From Octopus bimaculoides (Eukaryota): DNA of 64,000 bases. Positions 53,801 through 63,261 of this stretch are shown here, piece by piece. The stretch spans positions 58,090,824-58,154,823 of the forward strand of contig NC_068984.1 in NCBI RefSeq assembly GCF_001194135.2, given 5' to 3'. Both the position numbers and the translations under genes were made by a program. Position 1 is the first letter of the stretch, and every line of letters starts with the position of its first letter. The notes under the pieces are model-generated. The model saw only the letters and a program-made list of their open reading frames with translations. It searched no databases and had not been told where the DNA came from.

Positions 53801-56800
53801 TCAGAAATCTAAGTATTGCAAAAAGTAAAATTTATTTTCCTAAACAATGTGTGTGTGTGAGAGAGAGAGAAAGTGGTGAAGATCCCCCCTTCACATCATA
53901 TCTTCACCATCTCTCTCTCTCTCTCTCTTCCTTCTCTTCAACTGAGATAACGATGTATCTCCTTTTCTGCAAGACACCTATATCTGACTGTCTACTCATA
54001 CTCTAACCTCTCATCACTTGGCACAAAGCCAACCCACTCAATACCACTCCTGCCTCAGTTTAAGGTCTTGTCTTGCTATTTACATAATTACCTCACTACT
54101 ACTGGTGCCATGTAAAAAAAACCACCTAAGTCACTCTGTAAAGTGGTTGGCATTGAAAAATTCATTGGATATGAAATATAAATTTGAATATCACTAGATG
54201 TACAAGAAGAATAAGAGTTTATATATGAAGATATCGTAAATTAAGATGATTAATGTGAAACAGTTATTTTCTGAAAAACCAAAAAGTTTTTCAAATCTTT
54301 CTGAATATATGTTAACCAAAACAAATATTCAAAATATTACATTCACATATATTAGGGCTAAATTGTAGCTAGGATTGAACTAAAGTGAGTGGTTTATCTG
54401 AACAGTGTATGAATTAAAAAAAGTTGTTATATTTTCTGTTACCTGAAGACTAGCAGGAACATATTTCCAGTTTGACTCTGTATTCAACTTGGTCAAATTT
54501 CCTCTGCTTGACAGCAAATAAGATTTGAAGGAGGAAAAAAAAAGATATTTAGAGTAGAAAAAACCAAAGTGGGTTCTGATAATTCTGAGATCAAATCATT
54601 TTATGTTACTTGAGGAACCAGAAAGGAAAAGAAAGAGAGAACATGATGAACAGCATTCTTTCAGTGTCTGGATGTTGCTAACTTAACATTTTGTCAACCA
54701 GTTTTCACAATATAAGACAGAACCAGCTGTCAGCCAACTCCATTGTGAAAACCACTTCACTGCCATCTGTTTAGGAAGGGCAGGCAGCTTTCCTTTGGGT
54801 TGTGGCTCTAGTGAAAGACATGAATAAAAGGATTCAAAATGGGCACTTTCTTCTTCAAATAAGCCCTCATTGATTTTTTTCCCCCCTCAACTTTTACTTG
54901 GAGAGGAAGGTAAGAATAGTGAAGTTAATGTTCACCCTCTTTCAGTAAATTTGTTGAAAGGTGAGTGAAGGTTGTGAACATAGTCCAAGTGAATGAAGGT
55001 AGTGTACTTTTAGGCTGGAGAATGACAGCTGGATGAAAAAACTTTGGTAATAAAGATAATTTTTGATTGTCCTAAGATGACAGTCCTATTCTTAGGATAT
55101 TTTTAAAATTTGCATACTCTGTATATTTTCAGTTTCTTTTTCATTTCCCATTGAGTTTCCATGTAAAACTCCACATGTAATGTCCACCTGAACTGTATTG
55201 CAAAAATTCTACAATTGTTTGTGGTATTATTGCAAAAATTCTATAATTGTTTGTGGTAAGAAAAAAGATTTATGAATGTATGAGAAGTTGAAACATATTT
55301 ACAATAACAGCAAGTCTTTTGGAAATTTTCAGTTAATGCTTTGTTTATTCCTACAGTTTTCTCGTTCATTTTACATTGCACAATGGTATCGGGATACGGA
55401 TATGGAAGCTGAAAAGTCAGCAAAGAAAGGATCTAGAGCAGAACAAGATGGTGATATTGAAGAAGTAGACAGATTAGCAGAAATCTTGGCTGGTTCTGAA
55501 AGAAAGAAAAAGTTTTTGCTGTCAATGGTTCCTGTGACTCCCAAACCATTGGGAACTGTGAGGTATCATATCTTTTATGCATTAGCAATTTTGAAACTAT
55601 CAATTCAATTAGATAATAAATATTCTTACCTGGGTTTAGGATGGAGTAGTGAGAAAGGATCTTCAGACATTGGGCCTTGCAGAGGAGATGACAAAGGACT
55701 GAGACTCCTGGTGGTTTGCTGTGCTTGAGAAGACACATCAAGCTAAGTAAAACTGTAGCCATCTATACATACAGGTATGTTCTCTACATCCCTCTCTCTC
55801 AGCTCTGAGGTCCTTCCCTTGAGGGCTTGCAAGTGCTGGTGTCACGTAAAAAGTGCTCATGCCAATGTCACATAAAGGTGCCTATGCCAGTGTCACATGA
55901 GATGCACCCAGTACATTCTGTAAAGTGGTTGGCATTAGGAAGTGTATTCAACTGTAGAAACTATGCCAAAATAAACGGTTGGAACCTGGGTAACTCCCCA
56001 ACTGGTCATTTCCTGTCAAACCATCCAACATATATATGCCAGCACGGAAAGCAAACATTAAATGATGATGATGATGTTTCAGATAATGGTAGTTTGATTA
56101 GTGAAAGAAATTATTGGTTTTGGGAATGGATTTAGAACATAGAAAAGCATACTTTCATATTTTGGAGGAAACTTCTTTGGAGTGAGAATGAAGTAGTGGT
56201 TAGCCCCAGGTCAAGTTTGATTGAGCAAAGCCATCCTATGGTCAAACGTGTCCTAGACATGACCATTCCATCTATTTTTCCAGATTTAGTGTATCTAAAT
56301 CTGTATTATTCAAATGTTTTTTTTAAGATGGTAGAATATGATTTCAGGATTTAACAGTTATTTCTAGCAACTATTAAAAGACTCCCTCATTAGCTTGGAA
56401 TAGAAGAGTTGCTTAGCCTCAAGACTGAGCACCTCTGTGATAAAAGGCAACTAAATTATCCAAAAAATCCTTCTTTTAAAGCTGGTAGTGTGTGGTTTGA
56501 GAGAGAGAAAATTATTGTTGCTAGCAAGTTGAGCAATTACATAAAGGCTCCCTTTTTAGTTCAGAATAACATTATTTAGTTTGTTGAGAACATCAATGAA
56601 TGTGGAGGCTTAATACTTGAGATTATATAGCCCAACTACCTTTATTCTTGCGGGAGTTGTCAGAAGAAACCTGAATGAGATGAAAATGATTTTATATGTT
56701 CTTTCGCCTAAATAAGATATTTTGTAAAGTTTGTCTGTTTGATATATGAAAAATTTATATTTGGGTTAACAAAATAAGCTCAGACATAAGGATTTGAAGT

Positions 56801-59800
56801 TGTTAAAAATAACTAAAGCAAATATAATCGACAATACCTAGAACTATTTAAGATAGGTTATGATCAAGCCAGAATACAGTAAGAAAAAAAAAAAAAACAG
56901 CAAAAACATTCATATGACTCTATCTAACAAATGATAGTTGTATATAGAATTGATGTTTATATTGAATTCATTCTAATCTTTATTTAGCTCTGAAGATTCT
57001 GAGTTATAAAATTCAAATAATTAGCAAATATGAGTGAAAAAGATGAATGTACAAATTCATTTAAAATTCAAAGGATGTTTATTCTTTTTGTAAACAGGAC
57101 ATCAAATTACTTACTTGTTTATCAAGAGGCCTGTCTTGCAGCTTGTTATTTGAGTTCAAGAAGACCTTTTGCACAGAGTTTTGATATATATTTGACTCAG
57201 GTATGGTATTTGAATTAAGGATTTCTGACATTTCTAGTGCAGTATGTAATTTCATTCATTCATTCATATATATATNNNNNNNNNNNNNNNNNNNNNNNNN
57301 NNNNNNNNNNNNNNNNNNNNNNNNNNNNNNNNNNNNNNTGGATGTGTGTGTGTGTGTGTGTATGAAATCAATTCTTAAGTATCATAAATTTGAGATAAAA
57401 GTCTCTATTTTTAATTTAGTATTTATGAAACCTTTTACAGAATATTTTATATTATTTATAAAACATATTTGAGTTATATTTCTCTTATAGTGAATATCTT
57501 TTCAGATCAGTTTTTCATCATATTAATTAATCATTATGATGAAGTAAAACTTTAGCAAAACGTTTGTTTGATAATATAGTTTCAGGTTTTAAAATTATAT
57601 ATTTTGTTTTACAGATCTTGCGGGTACTTAGTGAAACAGCTGTTGCTGTGAGAACAAAGGCTATGAAATGCTTATCTGCAGTTGTTGAAGCTGACCCGAG
57701 TATCTTGGCACGGGTAAAAATTAATTTTTCCTCATTTGCTTTTTTGGCTTTTTATTTTAAGCTTAGAGGTTACTTCATTTTTTTGGGGGAGGGAAGTTTT
57801 ATAACATTATTTTTTAATGATTTAGTTTTTGCAGTGTCTCACATTAAGCAGTTCAGTTAGCTTGTCTAACGTTGAACATTCAAATGAATTCTAAATTAGG
57901 ATTTTTGGAAATAACCACTCAGAGTATTTATTAGAATTAGATAAGTACAGCATTTGTTTTGTGCGTGCGTGTGTGCGCAATGAATTAGCAATTGTATTAA
58001 TGTATCAAAACAGTATATTTACTAAAGTTGTTCATAAAAAGTGGAAGAAATTACCATTTTCTATAAAATTAAAGTAACAGAAATTCATATTACTTGTCCA
58101 ATTGAAATAATAGTCAAACTAGAGTTAAAATAAGATGCAGTGACTTCGAATTCAGGTGGAGAGGTGAATCTCTTAGTTTAGAAAGAGAGTTGAGAAGTAG
58201 AGTGTACCTTAAATATTCAGACAAAGATTTTTTGATTAATTAAAAGTATGTGTAACTTCCCATTGTGCGTGTGTGTGTGTGTGTGTGCGCTAGCTACATT
58301 GAATTTTTATTGTTCAGTGTTGACCCTAATAGAGCAGATCTATCATTAAAAGATATTCCAACCTTGGTCATCCTGTCCTTTTATATATCTAATGCTGTAT
58401 TACCCAACGTGATTCTTCTTTTACTTAAAAATAATTTTTAAGAAAATGTGTGTAATCTGTAGAATAGTTGACTGCATTTTCTAGTTGGTTAAGCAACTGC
58501 CTAAAGGCTTCTCCACTGGCTCAAGACTTGAATCCTTGTACAGTTTTTGATAGTTTTTATAATGGTCCTGTGGAAAAGGTACAAAACTTGAATTGACATA
58601 AGCACACTTAGTAGAGAATTTATCTTTAACTTTCTAACATGTTGCTTTATCAAAAATAGGAATGTTGGTTCATAATTTCATTCCTACTTTTCACTCCACC
58701 TTGAGCAGTTACATATTTTCTAATAGGACCAGCATGGAAGAAATTACCATTTACTATAAAATTAGAGTAACAGAAATTCATATTACTTGTCCACTTGAAA
58801 TAATATTCAAACTAGAGTGCATGATAGTTAAAATAAAATACAGTCACTTCGAATTCAGGTGGAGAGGTGAAGAGAACTGTTTCACAACCATATGGTTTGG
58901 ATTTTGATATTTGTTGCTGAAAATAACTCTTGATAAATTATTTTAAATTAGGTTCATCGCTGAGTAAAAGGATTGTGTCATGTTTTGATTCTGTATGATT
59001 TAGCAACCCAGTAGAGTTTTTGTCCTTGAGATAAAATCCATTTATGACCATTTTGCATGTATGTATGTGAATTTGATGTTAAAAACTATTGGAATAAAGT
59101 GTCTTTCTTGAAAAGTATTGACATCAGAAAGGGCATCCAGTTGTAGTAGTTTGGCACAAGAAATTTTCTCCACTTGTATCAGCATGGAAAACATACACAT
59201 AAAAATAATGATTAATGGTGGATGACTAATTCAAATTGCATTTTTTTTTCAGGATGATATGCAGCGAGGTGTCCATGGCAGATTTCTTGATCAATCAACA
59301 TCAGTACGTGAAGCAGCAGTTGAGCTAGTGGGTAAATTTATTTTGATCCGTCCAGAACTCATCCCAAAGTACTATGATATGTTATGTGACCGAATTTTGG
59401 TAAGTTTCTTTTCTTTTGTCTTAATTATATAATGCTTTTGATTTCATCAGAATAATTTGTCTTTACCTTTATTTCAGTTTTTCTGTAATATTAATTTATG
59501 ATAGCAATACAAGAAAATGTGAAGTGTAATGGAATTAAAACTGTGACATATCCTTATTTATATTATTCCAGGATACTGGTATCAGTGTTCGCAAAAGGGT
59601 AATCAAAATTTTCAAAGATATATGCTTGGAACAACCAGATTTTAATAAAATACCTGAAATGTGTGTGAAGATGATACGTAGGGTAAATGATGAAGAAGGA
59701 ATAAAGGTAATTTTTTTTCATAACTTTTTCTATTTTGTGGGAAAAGTTGGTGGGAAGTAACTCTTGTACACTTAGTTGATGTTTGTTGCTGAAAATAATT

Positions 59801-62800
59801 GTCATGATTCATTTTAAATTGGGTTCATAAATGAATAAAAATGAGCTAAAAACTGCCACACTAAAGGAATTAAAGTGTGTCATGTGCTGTGTACAATGAG
59901 ATCTGAAATGATGATTTGCATATTTATTCTTAATATGTTCCAGCAGATTCAAACACAAATATGCTAGTTGCTGTTATGTGTGTCAGAGAAGAACAACTCA
60001 TTTTTATGACAACAGTATGTTAATAACGTGCTTGGCTGATTTGCTCAAGGGATTCTGAGAGACCAGCATTTTGACATGTTTTGGCTTGTCAGTCAAAAGT
60101 ACCTGGATCACTGAGCCTAAACAAGTCACTGGCTTTGTCTATAATTTCAGCAAGCAAAACTGGCACCACATAAAAAAGAACCCAGTGTATTCTGTAAAAT
60201 GATTGACATAGGAAGGGCATCCAGCAATAGAAACCATGCAAAGCAGACAGTTAAGCTTGGCACAGTCCTCTGGCTTGCCAGCACCTGTCAAACCATCCAA
60301 CCCATGCAAGCCTGGAAAACAAACATTAAACGATGACGATGAAAACTATTTATTGATCAATGTTTCGATCTGTCAACCAATAAAAAATCGCTATTTGCAC
60401 TGTGTAAAACCATGTGAACATGTACCACATTTTGATTAAGACTAGATAAACATTTAGCAAACTTTGAGTTTTAGTAATTTATTTAGAAGAAATGTAAAAT
60501 GTTTCTAAGTTTGAATATCATACACGCCTGATTATTAATAAAAAATTTTGAAATTCGTTTTTGTGAACAGAAGTTAGTCAGTGAAGTGTTCCAAACAATG
60601 TGGTTTACCCCCTGCAAAGAGAAAGAATCACATGAAAAACTTTTACGGCGAGTTGTGAATATTACTGAAGTGGTGAGTTTTTCTTGATATTTACTGAACT
60701 CGAAATTCCATATTTTTATTTATCCAAGCAGTCATTTACAATTTTCATTTTTCCAACATCATGGTTTTAAAAATATGTTATTTGAAAAATATGTTAATAA
60801 GAGAATTTCATCAAGTAATGTTCTTGATTAGAGGTATTCATTTTTGTTCTTTTCGTGTTAATTGATGAAAGCAAGGTTTGTGAGTTAATAGTTCCAGACA
60901 AAACAAAATTAGATCAAAAACAAATGCACGACAATTTGATTTAATATATTTTTATTTTTTCTCTTCATTCTTTTTTCTTTCACTGCTTTCATTTATTGGC
61001 CTGAATGCAATAATTTTTGTTTCTTCATTGAATTCTTTGTAAATCTTTTACATGTGGCATTTTTCTTGTTTTGCAAAGTTTTTTCAACATTTATGACATT
61101 ATAAAGACAGTCAAATATTATTTACAGGATTAGACATAGGCATGACTGGTTAAGAAGTTCACTTCCTAACCACATGGTTTTGGGTTCAGTCCCACTGTAT
61201 GGCTCCATGGGCAAGTGTCTACTATTATTGCACTGGGCCAATGAAAGCATTATGAGTGGATTTGGCAGGTAGAAACTAGAAGCCCATTGTGTACATGTGT
61301 CTTCTTTTCTTTACGTGACATGTAGTTGTGTGTGTCACTGTTCTACAGGTGGTGTCATTCATTTTCTGTCTTTATGAAGCCGTGTCCAGCCAAAGGGACA
61401 TTACTTAACATAAAAACAGGTAAATGGCAACAAGAAGGGCATCCTGTGATAGAAAATATGCCCCATTGAATTCCATATGATCCATGCAAGCGTGGGAAAG
61501 TGAACATCAGGATAATAATGATGATGCTAGTCTATCAAATAATTTCAAGGTTGTAGCTGTTTTACCTTTTCCTTGAAGATAATGAAGGAGATCAGTCATT
61601 GATAGCTATCTTTGATTAGAAAATATCAACTATGTGTATGTGTCCCTTGTCTTAATATTGCATGGTAGTTGTAAATGAATGTCATTGTCATACAAGCTGT
61701 GTCATTCATTTCCAATATTCTGCAAGAACATACCTGGCTATGGTGAGGCTAGCTGTAGAAAATCTGCTTAATAAATTTTGACTCATGCAAGCGCAGAAAA
61801 GTGGACATTAAACTGGTGCTAATGATATCCACACACATGCACACATGCTCGTGCACACACACATTTAAAAAATAGTTTTAAAAATGATTCTTGGTATAGT
61901 TACGAGATTTGAAAAAAAAACTGAATGACAAATCTTTTGGAAAGATGCATTTGTGATGTGTAATTGCTTTCCCTGTTTACAGTATTTCAAACATTTTTTT
62001 TATGGGGTAATCTGTATAGAGGACGTTATTTTTAGTAGCAGCATTGCCTATTTCTGGTTTAGTTCCAGATTTAAAATTCTTAATAAGTTTTCTTCTTTTG
62101 TCTTTCATACTTGATCTTTTCCCCTCCTTTATTTTGAAAATGGGACTATTTTGAATTTTCTATTTGCATAAATGTATAGATGTTCATTTCTAAGAGATGA
62201 ATCTCTGACTTGTTGCTTATGTATCCTAATCCGATGTATTAATTTTGATCCTGTTTAGTTGATATAATTCTCATTGCATTGTGGGCATGTGATGCAGTAA
62301 ATGTGAATTTTTTGTCTTGCAATTCATATTTGTGTTAATCTTCATTCTTGAACCTTTTCATTTTGCCCTGTTCAGTTATTTCACACACTCTATGAGGATT
62401 TCTTCTGATGTGAATTTCACCTTTGTTAAAAGTTTTTTAAGATTTCTTGGTTGTCTTCAGCTGTTGATGATTTGTGATTCCTTAATTATTTGGCTGAGAT
62501 TTGATGATTGATGTAGGAACGGAAGGTATTGCTTGACCAAATACAAGATGTTTTGCTGCCTAGGATCATGAGTGACTACAAATGAAATATTCTTTTTACT
62601 TTCGACTTTGCCCTCATTATTAGTGTTTCTTCATAAGACAGAGGCTGAGATCTTTTTTTTTTTTTTTTCTGCCTTGGTTAGTGCATGGGTTACTAAGTTT
62701 TTCAAGTATTTTTGTTTCAGAAGGAATATTTTTAGTTAAACCAGTTGTCTCTCTTCTATTTGTGTCCATGACTATTGAATGTAAACATGGTGCACAAGGG

Positions 62801-63166
62801 GCAAATCACTCAGTTTGGATAGTCTTTCCTATGAGCTTTGCAGTAATACTTGTGTATATGTGTTTGTCTTTTATGACATTTCCCTGACATTGATTCAGGA
62901 GCAGTGGCATTTAATTATATAGTATATCCTGCTACACAATGGATCAATGCGAAGACCAGTGGCATAAGTACCTTACTTGGAAACTTCCTCAAGAGTCTCA
63001 TTAAAGGTGCAGGCATGGCTGTGTGGTAAGAAGCTTGCTTCACAACCACATAGTTCCAGGTTCAGTCCCACTGCATGACAACCTGGACAAGTATCTTCAG
63101 TTATATCCTTAGACCAATCAAAGTCATGTGAGTGGATTTGGTAGTCAGAAACTGAAAGAAATCCGT

Positions 63167-63211
<45 letters not shown>

Positions 63212-63228
63212 NNNNNNNNNNTCATCAC

Positions 63229-63261
<33 letters not shown>

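Noticed and set aside
54600-55060. Possible Penelope RT remnant on the minus strand (LPFL-like word)
   Set aside because: Similarity too weak to distinguish from chance by eye.
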